Part shown: positions 32,974 to 43,613 of the stretch, in pieces
Layout of the letters: each line of letters opens with the position of its first letter
Numbering within the stretch: position 1 is the stretch's first letter
Origin: an uncultured Pseudomonadota bacterium
GTDB lineage: Bacteria > Myxococcota_A > Polyangia > Fen-1088
Direction of reading: 5' to 3'
Assembly: GCA_963847705.1 (NCBI GenBank)
Contig: CAWKBC010000027.1
Location: 879,288 to 943,287 of the forward strand
Length of the DNA stretch: 64,000 nucleotides
Made by a program: the position numbers and the translations under genes
The notes under the pieces: model-generated
What the model was told of the DNA's origin: nothing
Database searches by the model: none
The model's input: the letters and a program-made list of their open reading frames with translations, nothing else

Positions 32974-35087
32974 GCGACACGAAGAGCACCACCAGCAGCA
33001 AGAGCTTCGCCCCGCCGATCGGTTTCCGTTTCGGCGCCGTGGCCGCCGGCGTGAAGGAGGCTGGCGGTATCCGCAAGGATCTGGCGCTCATCGCCTCGGA
33101 GATCCCCTGCGCAGCGGCGGGCGTCGTGACCGTCAACAAGATGTGCGCGGCGCCGATCCGCTACTCGGCGACGCGGTTCCCGGGCACCGGCATCCGCGCC
33201 ATCGTCGCCAACAGCGGCAACGCCAACGCCCTGACCGGCCCGGTCGGGGCAGCCGACGAGCGGGCGATCGCCGCTGCCGTCGCCAAGGCGCTGGGCGTCG
33301 GCGCCGACGACGTGCTCACCGCCTCGACCGGCGGGATCGGCATCCGGATGCCGGTGGAGCGGATCGCCGCCGCGGCGCCCGCGCTGGTGGCGGCCCTGGG
33401 CGACGACGTGGCGAGCGCGGCGGAGGCGATCCGGACCACCGATCTGCGGACCAAGCTGGCCTTCCGGGAGATCGAGGTCGGAGGCAAGACGGTCCGCTTC
33501 GCCGCCATCGCCAAGGGCTCGGGGATGATCCACCCGCAGCTGGCGACGATGCTCTGCTTCATCACCACCGACGCGCGCGTCGCCCCCGAGACGCTGCAGC
33601 GCGCGCTGGTCTCGGCCGTCGATGAGACCTTCAACACCATCACCGTCGACGGCGACATGTCGACCAACGACACCGTCATCGCGCTGGCTAATGGCGCCTC
33701 GGGCGCACCGGCGATCGAGCCGGAGAGCGCCGCCTTCAAGACCCTGGAAGCGACCCTGACCAGCCTGTGCGCCGATCTGGCCAAGGCGATCGCCGCCGAC
33801 GGGGAGGGGGCCAGCAAGCTCTTCATCGTCGACGTGGCCGGCGTGCCGGAGCGCGAGATGGCGCGCGATCTGGCGCGCGCCGTGGCGGGTGGCAGTCTGG
33901 TGAAGTCGGGGATCTTCGGCGGCGATCCGTCGTGGGGCCGGATCCTCGCCGCGCTGGGCGCCCGCATCGGCGCGCGCGACTACCCGATCGATCCGGCCGG
34001 CGTGACGCTGGACGTCCAGGGGGTCCGCGTCTACGGGGACGGGGGGCCAGTGGCGTTCGACAAGGACGACCTCTCCGCGCGCATGCGGTCGACCGAGATC
34101 ACCGCCCGGATGGACCTGGGGCTCGGCAAGGCGTCGGCGCGCGCGCTCGGGTGTGACCTGACCTTCGACTACGTCAAGATCAACGCCGAGTATTACTCGG
34201 GGCCGAAGAGCAACCTCGGCGCCGCCAACGGGAAGCACACGACCGGTCCGGTGAACCGCCCGGTGATCGTCGAGGCGCTCAGCTACATCCGCAAGTTCGC
34301 GGGCAAGCGGGCGGTCATCAAGTATGGCGGCGCGGCGATGATCGATCCGGCGCTCAAGCGCAGCTTCGCCGAGGAGATGGTGCTCTTGCAGTCGGCGGGG
34401 CTGAAGCCGGTGATCGTCCACGGCGGCGGTCCCGAGATCACCAAGACGCTGGAGAAGATGGGGCGCAAGTCGGAGTTCGCCGACGGCCAGCGGATCACCG
34501 GCGCCGAGGAGGTCCGCGTCGTGGAGATGGTGCTGACCGGGCGGATCAACACCGAGATCGTCGGACTCATCAACAGCCTGGGCGGCAACGCCATTGGCCT
34601 TTCGGGTAAGGACGGACGGCTGCTCATCGCCTCCAAGCTGGAGACGGCGCCCGGCAAGACCGATCTCGGCTTCGTCGGCGAGATCGACGCCGTCAACGCC
34701 GATCTCCTCGACATGTTCCTCGAGCGCGGCTACATGCCGGTCATCTCGCCCGTCGGCTTCGGCCTCGACGGCGCCAGCTACAACATCAACGCCGACGTGG
34801 CAGCGGGCGAGATCGCCTCGGCCTGCGGCGCCGAGCGGCTGATCTTCCTGACCGACGTGGCCGGCATCCTCGACGACAAGGGCAATCTCCTCAGCGAGGT
34901 CAAGGCGGCCGATCTCGAAGCGCAGCTCGGCAAGAGCATCAAGGGGGGCATGCACGTCAAGGCGCAGTCGGTCCTGGATGCGCTGGCCGGCGGCGTGCGC
35001 GCGGTGCACATCGTCGACGGGCGCGCGCCCCACAGCGTGGTGGCGGAGCTCTTCACCGACCACGGCGTAGGGACGTTGGTCACGTGA
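32970..35087 (+). CDS. argJ: ArgJ-ArgB fusion: ornithine acetyltransferase plus acetylglutamate kinase
   Basis: N-part NSGNAN, KGSGMIHPQLATML, DGDMSTND, DGEGA, YVKINA; C-part VIKYGG, VHGGG, NINAD, LTDV.G, ELFT..GVGT; one open frame. Confidence 0.9.
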   Translation: MSDTKSTTSSKSFAPPIGFRFGAVAAGVKEAGGIRKDLALIASEIPCAAAGVVTVNKMCAAPIRYSATRFPGTGIRAIVANSGNANALTGPVGAADERAIAAAVAKALGVGADDVLTASTGGIGIRMPVERIAAAAPALVAALGDDVASAAEAIRTTDLRTKLAFREIEVGGKTVRFAAIAKGSGMIHPQLATMLCFITTDARVAPETLQRALVSAVDETFNTITVDGDMSTNDTVIALANGASGAPAIEPESAAFKTLEATLTSLCADLAKAIAADGEGASKLFIVDVAGVPEREMARDLARAVAGGSLVKSGIFGGDPSWGRILAALGARIGARDYPIDPAGVTLDVQGVRVYGDGGPVAFDKDDLSARMRSTEITARMDLGLGKASARALGCDLTFDYVKINAEYYSGPKSNLGAANGKHTTGPVNRPVIVEALSYIRKFAGKRAVIKYGGAAMIDPALKRSFAEEMVLLQSAGLKPVIVHGGGPEITKTLEKMGRKSEFADGQRITGAEEVRVVEMVLTGRINTEIVGLINSLGGNAIGLSGKDGRLLIASKLETAPGKTDLGFVGEIDAVNADLLDMFLERGYMPVISPVGFGLDGASYNINADVAAGEIASACGAERLIFLTDVAGILDDKGNLLSEVKAADLEAQLGKSIKGGMHVKAQSVLDALAGGVRAVHIVDGRAPHSVVAELFTDHGVGTLVT

Positions 35088-35196
35088 ACCCTCAAAGGGT
35101 TCCCGTCCCCTCCCACGAAGGCCCCCAACCCACCCCACCCGGGCGGACCCGCGTGGGGACCCCGGGCTCGGCAAAGCCGAGCTACGTCCGGGCGAT
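35086..35196 (-). repeat. Two-hairpin element with an internal G-rich insertion
   Basis: GAACCCT-CAA-AGGGTTC ... GCTCGGC-AAA-GCCGAGC ... GGCGAT. Confidence 0.7.
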
Positions 35197-35202
35197 CGTC
35201 AC

Positions 35203-35655
35203 ATGAAGTCGTCCGACGCAGACAGTCGCCGAGATGCCATCCGCGAGATCCTGAGCGGGCGGCCGATCGCCAACCAGGGGGAGCTCCTGCGACGTCTGGG
35301 CGCGCGCGGCATTCGCGCCTCGCAGGCCACGCTCTCGCGGGACATGGCTATGCTGGGCGTGCGGCGCGCGGTCGGCCCCGAAGGCCCGCGCTACCTCGTC
35401 GAGGGCAACGGAGGCGCCTTGCCGCTCGACCCGGTTCGTCGCCTGGTCGACGGCGTCGAGAGCAATGGCGCTCTGGTCATCGTGCGGACCAAGTCCAGCA
35501 CCGCGGCCACCGTGGCGCGCGCGCTCGACGAGGCTGGCCTGAACGAGGTGATGGGGACGCTGGCCGGCGACGACACGGTCTTCGTCGCCCCCCGCCGCGC
35601 CGGCGGCGGCCACCGGGTCGCCGGAAAGCTGCGCGTCCTGTTCGGCCTCGCCTAG
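35203..35655 (+). CDS. argR: Arginine repressor
   Basis: Q.EL, SQATLSRD, GTLAGDDT. Confidence 0.93.
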   Translation: MKSSDADSRRDAIREILSGRPIANQGELLRRLGARGIRASQATLSRDMAMLGVRRAVGPEGPRYLVEGNGGALPLDPVRRLVDGVESNGALVIVRTKSSTAATVARALDEAGLNEVMGTLAGDDTVFVAPRRAGGGHRVAGKLRVLFGLA

Positions 35656-35741
35656 GGGGCTTTCGGGCGCCACCTTGGCGGGCCCGGCTGCGTCGCATTT
35701 GCGCGTGGCAGCCGCGACAACTCGCGGTATATCGGTCCCGC

Positions 35742-36716
35742 ATGTCGAGCGCGATCGTCGTCCACGAGCTGGGAGGTCCGGAGAAGCTCCTCTTCGAGAC
35801 CGTCCCCGAGCCGACGCCGGCCCGTGGACAGGCGCGGGTCCGCCAGACGGCGATCGGCCTCAACTTCATCGACGTCTACTACCGCACCGGGCTCTACAAG
35901 GTGCCGAGCCTGCCGTTCACGCCGGGCCAGGAGGGGGCGGGCGTCGTGGACGCCGTCGGTCCCGGGGTCAGCGGGCTGGCGATCGGGGATCGCGTGGCCT
36001 ACGCCGGCGTCAACGGTGGCTACGCAGAGACGCGCGTCATCGCCGCCGATCGCCTGGTCCGCCTTCCCTCCGGGATCGATGATCAGACGGCCGCCGCGAT
36101 GATGCTGAAGGGGATGACGGCGGAGTACCTGCTCTTGCGCTGCGCGCGCGTCGCGCGTGGCGACACCATTCTTTTTCACGCGGCGGCGGGCGGCGTGGGG
36201 AGCATCGCCTGCCAGTGGGCCAAGGCGCTCGGCCTGCAGGTCATCGGAACCGCTGGCGGCGAAGACAAGATCGGCCGCGCCCGCCAGAACGGTTGCGACG
36301 AGGTGATCGACCTCAACAGCGAGGACTTCGTCGCGCGCGTCAAGGAGATGACCGGCGGCGCCGGGGTCCGGTTCGTGTTCGACTCGATCGGCAAGGAGAC
36401 CTTCTCCGGATCGCTCGAGTGCCTGGCGCCGCGGGGGATGTTGGTGCTGTTCGGGCAGTCGTCCGGGGTCGTGCCGCCGTTCGACCTGTCGCGACTGGCG
36501 GCCGCCGGCTCGCTGTTCGTGACGCGCCCCTCGCTCGGTCACTACGTGGCCACGCGCGAGGAGCTGGTCCAGTCGGCGGGGCGGCTGTTCGATCTGGTGG
36601 GGCGGGGCGCGGTGCGGATCGACGTGGGGCAGACCTTTTCGCTGCGCGACGCGGCGCAGGCGCACCGCGATCTCGAGGGGCGCAAGACGACCGGTTCGAC
36701 GGTCCTCCTGCCTTGA
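35742..36716 (+). CDS. qor: NADPH:quinone oxidoreductase (zeta-crystallin/Qor)
   Basis: IGLNFIDVY.R.GLY, HAAAGGVG, GSLFVTRP, RKTTGS. Confidence 0.92.
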   Translation: MSSAIVVHELGGPEKLLFETVPEPTPARGQARVRQTAIGLNFIDVYYRTGLYKVPSLPFTPGQEGAGVVDAVGPGVSGLAIGDRVAYAGVNGGYAETRVIAADRLVRLPSGIDDQTAAAMMLKGMTAEYLLLRCARVARGDTILFHAAAGGVGSIACQWAKALGLQVIGTAGGEDKIGRARQNGCDEVIDLNSEDFVARVKEMTGGAGVRFVFDSIGKETFSGSLECLAPRGMLVLFGQSSGVVPPFDLSRLAAAGSLFVTRPSLGHYVATREELVQSAGRLFDLVGRGAVRIDVGQTFSLRDAAQAHRDLEGRKTTGSTVLLP

Positions 36717-36750
36717 ACCGCTCCACCGATTTCGCTAGAAGAAGGCGCGC

Positions 36751-38067
<1,317 letters not shown>

Positions 38068-38093
38068 ACAGACCAGGGAAAGGGACACCTGCC

Positions 38094-39065
38094 ATGACCC
38101 AGATCGACGAAAAGGTGCTTCGGGCACAGCTCACCAAGACGCTGGAGGCCACCGACTTTCCCGAGCTCGGTGACAAGTACGAAGGGAAGGTGCGCGACTG
38201 CTACGTCCGCGACGGCAAGCGCACGCTGATCGCAACCGACCGGATAAGCGCCTTCGACGTGGTCCTCGGGACCATCCCCTTCAAGGGGCAGGTGCTCAAC
38301 CAGATGGCATCGTTCTGGTTCGAGGCGACCGCCGACCTGGTCCCCAACCACGTGATCAGCGTCCCCGACCCCTCGGTGACCGTGGCCCGTGAGTGCAAGC
38401 TGCTTCCGGTCGAGCTCATCATGCGCGCCTACATGACCGGCGTGACCTCCACCTCGATCTGGACGGCCTACAAGAACGGGGCGCGCAGCTTCTGCGGCCA
38501 CGCTCTGCCCGAGGGGATGAAGAAGAACCAGAAGCTCCCCACCGCGATCCTGACGCCGTCGACCAAGGCCGAGAAGGGCGATCACGACCGATCGGTCTCG
38601 CGCGCCGAGGTGCTGGAGATGGGGCTGCTCTCGGCCGAGGACTTCGATCGCGCGGCCGAGATGTGCGCGCGGGTGTTTGCCTTCGGCCAGGTCGAATCGC
38701 TGCGCCGCGGCCTCATCCTGGTCGACACCAAGTACGAGATCGGCCGCCGCCCCGACGGCACCCTCTGCTTCATCGACGAGATCCACACGCCCGACTCGTC
38801 GCGCTACTGGTACGCCAACGACTACGAAGAGCGCTTCGCCAAGGGCGAAGAGCCGCGCGGCCTGGACAAGGAGTACGTCCGCCGGGCGCTGGCCGACCAG
38901 GGGTTCAAGGGCGACGGCCCGGCGCCCAAGCTCTCCGACGACCTCCGCGTCGAGGCGGCCCGCCGGTACATTCAGGTCTGCGAGCTCCTCACCGGCCGCC
39001 CCTTCGTCCCCGACACCGACGAGCCGATCGCCCGCATCCGTCGGAACCTCAAGCTCGCCCCGTAG
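38094..39065 (+). CDS. purC: SAICAR synthetase
   Basis: GKVRD, TDRISAFD, TPSTKA, LVDTKYE.G, DEIHTPDSSRYW. Confidence 0.96.
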   Translation: MTQIDEKVLRAQLTKTLEATDFPELGDKYEGKVRDCYVRDGKRTLIATDRISAFDVVLGTIPFKGQVLNQMASFWFEATADLVPNHVISVPDPSVTVARECKLLPVELIMRAYMTGVTSTSIWTAYKNGARSFCGHALPEGMKKNQKLPTAILTPSTKAEKGDHDRSVSRAEVLEMGLLSAEDFDRAAEMCARVFAFGQVESLRRGLILVDTKYEIGRRPDGTLCFIDEIHTPDSSRYWYANDYEERFAKGEEPRGLDKEYVRRALADQGFKGDGPAPKLSDDLRVEAARRYIQVCELLTGRPFVPDTDEPIARIRRNLKLAP

Positions 39066-39170
39066 GGGGCGCCCTCGACACGCGGCGACGCACCCCGGCG
39101 GGAAATCGCCCGTAGGTGGCGCTCGGATCCCAAACGGTAGCGCTCGCGCCCGAAATCCGCGCAGATCGCG

Positions 39171-39186
39171 CGGCATGAAAGCTGCT
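39171..39186 (+). promoter_or_regulatory. Candidate sigma54 (-24/-12) promoter
   Basis: CGGCATG-AAAG-CTGCT has GG-N10-GC spacing, ~55 nt upstream of the deacetylase start. Confidence 0.4.
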
Positions 39187-39241
39187 GTCGTCTTCGGTTC
39201 GCCGCCTATTTGTGTCGGCGATCTTGCAGGAGATGACCGGC

Positions 39242-41836
39242 GTGAAAATCCAGTTCGGTTGTTGGACGGTCGCCCTCACCGGTGGCCTGGCGATGGGCGC
39301 TCTCGGCTGCAACCCCACCACCGCCGGCAGCCAGCCGGTGGTGGCCAAGGAGCGTCACGTCCGGCCGGCGAGCGTGCGCCGGCAGCCGGTCGCCAAGCCT
39401 CTCTCCCTGGGCGCGGTGGTTCATGCGCCGCCCGCGGCCGAGGTGGGCCCGATCGCCGGCGCCCTGGTCGACGCCCGCGCCCTGGTCATCACCGCCCAGG
39501 GGACGGACGCGGCGTTCGCCGCCATCACCAGCACCCTCCAGTATCTCGGCGCACCCTACGACGTGCTCAACGCGACGGCCGGTCCGGCCCTCACCGCCGA
39601 CGCCCTGGCCACCGGCACGCATGGGAAGTACGACGCCGTCTTCCTCGATCTCGGCGGACTCGAGGTCTCTGGCGGCAGCGCCTTCACCACCGACGAGTGG
39701 ACGGCCCTGCAGAACTACGAGGCGGCGTTCAACGTCCGCCGCGTGGCGCTCTACACCTCGCCGAGCGCGATGTACGACCTCGCCGACAACGGACAGATCG
39801 ATCCGACCCAGACGCCCGTCACCCTGACTTGCACCGCGGCGGCCGCTCCCGTCTTCGTCGGGACCAACTGCGCCAACCCGATCGTGATGACCGACGGCTG
39901 GGCCTATCCGGCGACGGTGACCGCGACCTCCGATACGGTCACCCCCCTGCTGGTCGACGCCGCCGGCAACGTCTACGGCGTGGTGGTCGATTACAGCGAC
40001 GGGCGCGAGGCGCTGGCGCTCACCTTCGCGCAGGCGACCTACCTGACGCCCTATCTGCAGCTCGCCTACGGACTCGTCAGCTGGGCGACGCGCGGCCTGT
40101 TCGTCGGCGAGCGCCACGTCTACGCCGTGCCGCAGATCGACGACCTCTTTCTGGCCAGCGACATCTTCACCGGCGGCACCTACCGGATCACCGACGCCGA
40201 CCTCCAGTCGCTGGCCGACTGGCAAAACCTGACCCGGCAGCAGCCCCAGACAGCGAACTTTCGGCTCGCCTGGGCGGTGAACGGGCAGGGGTCGCAGTCC
40301 ATGCCCGGCGATCCGCTGACGGCCAAGGCGCAGGCGCTGGGGCCGACGTTCTCCTGGATCAACCACAGCTGGGATCACCCGATCCTCGACGGGCTCAGCT
40401 ACGCCGACGTCCTGACGGAGTTCACGCGCAACGACAGCTACCTCCGCGGTCTCGGCCTGACGCCCTACACCACGGCGAACGCGGTGACGCCGAGCATCTC
40501 CGGGCTCGCCAGCGCCGACGCCATGCAAGCCATTCACGACGCAGGGATTCGTCAGATCGTCAGCGACACCTCCGTCGCTGGTCAGGACAACCCCTCGCCC
40601 AACGCCGGCATCTGGAACGCGCTCCAGCCGTCGGTGCTGGAGATCCCTCGCATCCCCACCAATCTCGACTATGACGCCTCTCAACCTTCCGAGTGGATCC
40701 CGGAGTACGAGGCGACGGTGAGCGGCGGAGCGACGGTCGACTACCCGACGATGATCGACCAGACGAGCACCGATCTCCTGCAGGATCTGCTCAACGGCAA
40801 CAATGATCCCTGGATGTTCCACCAGGCCAACACGCGCGACTACGATGGCGCCGGGCACAGCCTGCTGTCCGATCTCTTGACCGCCACCTTCGGAAAGTAC
40901 ATGGCAGCCGCGAGCTTTCCGCTCGTCAGCCCGACGATGGATGACCTGGCCACGCGCGTGACCAGCCGGATGACCTTCAACGCCTCGGGGGTGGTGGCCA
41001 CCATTCAACCTCAGACCGCCGTCACCATCAGCGTCACCGCGGCCGCCACCGTCCCGGTGACCGGGCTCTGTATCCCCGGCGCCGAGAGCTACGGCGGACA
41101 GACGATCGCCTATCTCCCCCTGGCTGCCGGCCAGTCGGTGACGCTGTCGCTCACCACCTGCAATCCAGACTACGGCGCGGGCGGCACCGGCGGAGCTGCA
41201 GGGGCGGGCGGGGCCTCGGGCGGGAGCGGCGGCGGCGGGAGCGGGGCCGCGGGCACGAGCGGCTCGACCGGCGGAAACGGCTCCGCCGGCGCCACGGGCG
41301 CTGGCGCCGCGGGCGGTGACGTGAACCCCGATGGTGGCACGACGGGCGGCAGTGGTGCCGGCGAGACGGGGGAGGGCGGCTCGTCTGGCGAAAGCGGCGG
41401 GGCTGGAGCGGGAGGTGTCGAGGGCGCCGGGACCGGACAGGCCGGCCAAGCGGGCGAAGGGAGCAAGGACGCCGCGACGGAGTCGGGAGAAGCAGGCGGC
41501 GACGGCAGGGGCGGTGAAAGCGGCGGCGTCGCTGGCGCGCCGGGAGGCACGGGCGGCGTCGCTGGCGCACCGGGAAGCACGGGCGGCATCGCTGGCGCAC
41601 CGGGAAGCACAGGCGGCGTCGCTGGCGCACCGGGAAGCACGGGCGGCATCGCCGGCGCGCTGGGAGGCTCTGGCGGCGCGGCGGGCGCATCAGGAGGGAT
41701 CGACGCCGGCGCCCCGAGCACGCCCGGGAGCGGGGCGGGTTGCGACTGCCGGGTGAGCGACGGGACACCGCGCGGTGGCGCGCTGCTGCTCGGTCTCCTC
41801 GCTCTGGTTGGCGCGCGCAGGACGCGCCGGCGCTAG
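39242..41836 (+). CDS. Agd3-like (CE18) polysaccharide deacetylase, lipoprotein signal, Gly-rich linker, MYXO-CTERM
   Basis: Lipobox ALGC; QIDDLFL, WINHSWDH, MFHQAN motifs; tail GCDCRV...ALLLGLLALVGARRTRRR. Confidence 0.75.
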   Translation: MKIQFGCWTVALTGGLAMGALGCNPTTAGSQPVVAKERHVRPASVRRQPVAKPLSLGAVVHAPPAAEVGPIAGALVDARALVITAQGTDAAFAAITSTLQYLGAPYDVLNATAGPALTADALATGTHGKYDAVFLDLGGLEVSGGSAFTTDEWTALQNYEAAFNVRRVALYTSPSAMYDLADNGQIDPTQTPVTLTCTAAAAPVFVGTNCANPIVMTDGWAYPATVTATSDTVTPLLVDAAGNVYGVVVDYSDGREALALTFAQATYLTPYLQLAYGLVSWATRGLFVGERHVYAVPQIDDLFLASDIFTGGTYRITDADLQSLADWQNLTRQQPQTANFRLAWAVNGQGSQSMPGDPLTAKAQALGPTFSWINHSWDHPILDGLSYADVLTEFTRNDSYLRGLGLTPYTTANAVTPSISGLASADAMQAIHDAGIRQIVSDTSVAGQDNPSPNAGIWNALQPSVLEIPRIPTNLDYDASQPSEWIPEYEATVSGGATVDYPTMIDQTSTDLLQDLLNGNNDPWMFHQANTRDYDGAGHSLLSDLLTATFGKYMAAASFPLVSPTMDDLATRVTSRMTFNASGVVATIQPQTAVTISVTAAATVPVTGLCIPGAESYGGQTIAYLPLAAGQSVTLSLTTCNPDYGAGGTGGAAGAGGASGGSGGGGSGAAGTSGSTGGNGSAGATGAGAAGGDVNPDGGTTGGSGAGETGEGGSSGESGGAGAGGVEGAGTGQAGQAGEGSKDAATESGEAGGDGRGGESGGVAGAPGGTGGVAGAPGSTGGIAGAPGSTGGVAGAPGSTGGIAGALGGSGGAAGASGGIDAGAPSTPGSGAGCDCRVSDGTPRGGALLLGLLALVGARRTRRR
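41521..41670 (+). repeat. 30-bp coding tandem repeat (GG[V/I]AGAPG[S/G]T, ~5 copies)
   Basis: Repeated ggcggcgtcgctggcgcaccgggaagcac units. Confidence 0.85.
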
Positions 41837-41863
41837 CCGCCGCGCTCTTCCATTCGCCGGTCT

Positions 41864-42641
41864 CTATTCGCCGGTCTCTATTCGCCGGTTTTGGGCGGAG
41901 GCGTCTGGCTGCCCGACAGAATCCGCCAGCGGACGGAAGGCGCCGCTCATCCGCCGGGCGGGCGGATCGAGCAGGCGCGGCAGCTCGGCCAGCGCCTGCG
42001 CCAAGCTCACCGACTCCAGCGGCTCAGGGCGCAACAGCGCCTCCAGCTCGTCGGCCTCGCCCGAGGCGCGCCCGTTCCCGATCCAGCTCCGTTCGACCGC
42101 CCGCTTGAGGCGCACCTCGTCGATTCCCATCTCGGACGCCGAGATCGACGCTGGTGTCGACGCGCGCGGCGGGCGCGCTCGTTCCGTTGGCCCCGCTGCG
42201 TGCCGGGCCCGAGCCCCCCGCGGCCATGGGCGCCCGGATCGCGCCCGAGTAGCTCGCCGAGCCGGTCGTGGAGCCGGAGTTGCCGGCCTTGCGCGCCAGC
42301 ATCTGGTTGACGACCTCGCGCGAGGGGGCATCGAGCCTCAGAAACTGCACGCCCATCCCGTGCGGCTTGTTGGGGGCCGCGGGATCGAACTCCCGCACCC
42401 AGGTCACCTTCCCGTCGCCGGCCAGCGCCACCTCGCCCCCGGCCAGCTGCACCTCGAACTGGAACACCTCGCCGATCGGCCGCGGCGTTCGGCTGGCCAG
42501 GAAAAGCCCTCCGCGCGTCACGTTGGGGGCGAACTTCTCGATGAAGGTCTCGAACGCCGCGTAGCGCAGCCTCACGCGAACGGGCGCAGCCGGCGGCGTC
42601 GCGGACGATGGAGGCTGCAGGCCGGACGGTTCGGAGCTCAC
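41864..42641 (-). CDS. TIGR02266/PilZ-like domain protein, +1 frameshift at ~42141
   Basis: FIEKFAPNVTRGGLFL, GKVTWVR, GMGVQF; coding continues as ASEMGIDE... in the adjacent frame to 41864. Confidence 0.75.
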
Positions 42642-42765
42642 GGAGGAGCTTCAGTATCCGCCGTTCGCTCCCATCCCGTCAATCACGCAACGGCTGTAAA
42701 AACGCTGTTTGGCGGCGTCTGGTCGCTCGCGCGCGTTCGCGCGGGCCTGCTCCTGTTTGCTCGTG

Positions 42766-43542
42766 TCACGAGCGGGCCGACAGCTGGAACAGCTTGCGGG
42801 TGTTCTCGCTGGTGGCGGCGTCGAGCTCGTCCGCCGGAAGGCCGCGCAGCCCTGCCACCACCTTCAGCGTCTCGACGATGTAGGCCGGTTCGTTGCGCGC
42901 GCCCCGGTGTGGGATAGGCGCCAGGTAGGGGGCGTCGGTCTCGATCAGGATGCGGTCGAGCGGGGCAAAGGCCGCCGCCTCGCGGATGTTCGCGGCGTTC
43001 TTGAAGGTCACGATCCCCGAAAACGAGAGGTGCTGGCCGAGGTCCAGGTAGACGCGCGCCTCAGCCACGCCCCCCGTGAAGCAGTGGATGACCCCGCCCG
43101 TCCCCGCGGCCTCCTCGCCGAGGATGGTCGCCGCGTCCGCGTGCGCGTCCCGGACATGCGACACGATCGGCAGCCCCGCGCCCTTCGCCAGGGCGATGGA
43201 GCGCCGGTAGGCGGTCTGCTGCAGGTCCCGGGGGGCGTGGTCATAGTGGTAGTCGAGCCCGGTCTCGCCGATCCCGACCACGCGGGGGGCGCGCGCCAGC
43301 CGCGCGAACGTCGCCCAGTGCTCCTCGGTCACCTCGGCGGTGTCATGGGGGTGAACGCCCACGGTGGCAAAGACGTCGGGCTCCGCGGCGGCGATGGCGG
43401 CGGCCTCCTCGGCGGCCGCAGTCCCGCGCCCGACCCCGACGCAAACGAATGCCGTCACGCCCGCTTGCCGGGCGCGCGCCAGCACCCCGGCCCGTTGTTC
43501 ACCGTAGTACGCACCATCTAGATGACAATGTGAGTCAATCAT
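42766..43542 (-). CDS. tatD: TatD family hydrolase
   Basis: IDSHCHL, GVHPH, IGETGLDY, IHCFTG, ETDAPYLAP. Confidence 0.95.
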   Translation of the reverse strand: MIDSHCHLDGAYYGEQRAGVLARARQAGVTAFVCVGVGRGTAAAEEAAAIAAAEPDVFATVGVHPHDTAEVTEEHWATFARLARAPRVVGIGETGLDYHYDHAPRDLQQTAYRRSIALAKGAGLPIVSHVRDAHADAATILGEEAAGTGGVIHCFTGGVAEARVYLDLGQHLSFSGIVTFKNAANIREAAAFAPLDRILIETDAPYLAPIPHRGARNEPAYIVETLKVVAGLRGLPADELDAATSENTRKLFQLSARS

Positions 43543-43613
43543 GAGCTAAATGTTTGTAGCAGAGCCTCCGATTCTACCGGAAGCGGCGGGTTTCGACCGC
43601 GCCGAGGACGAAC

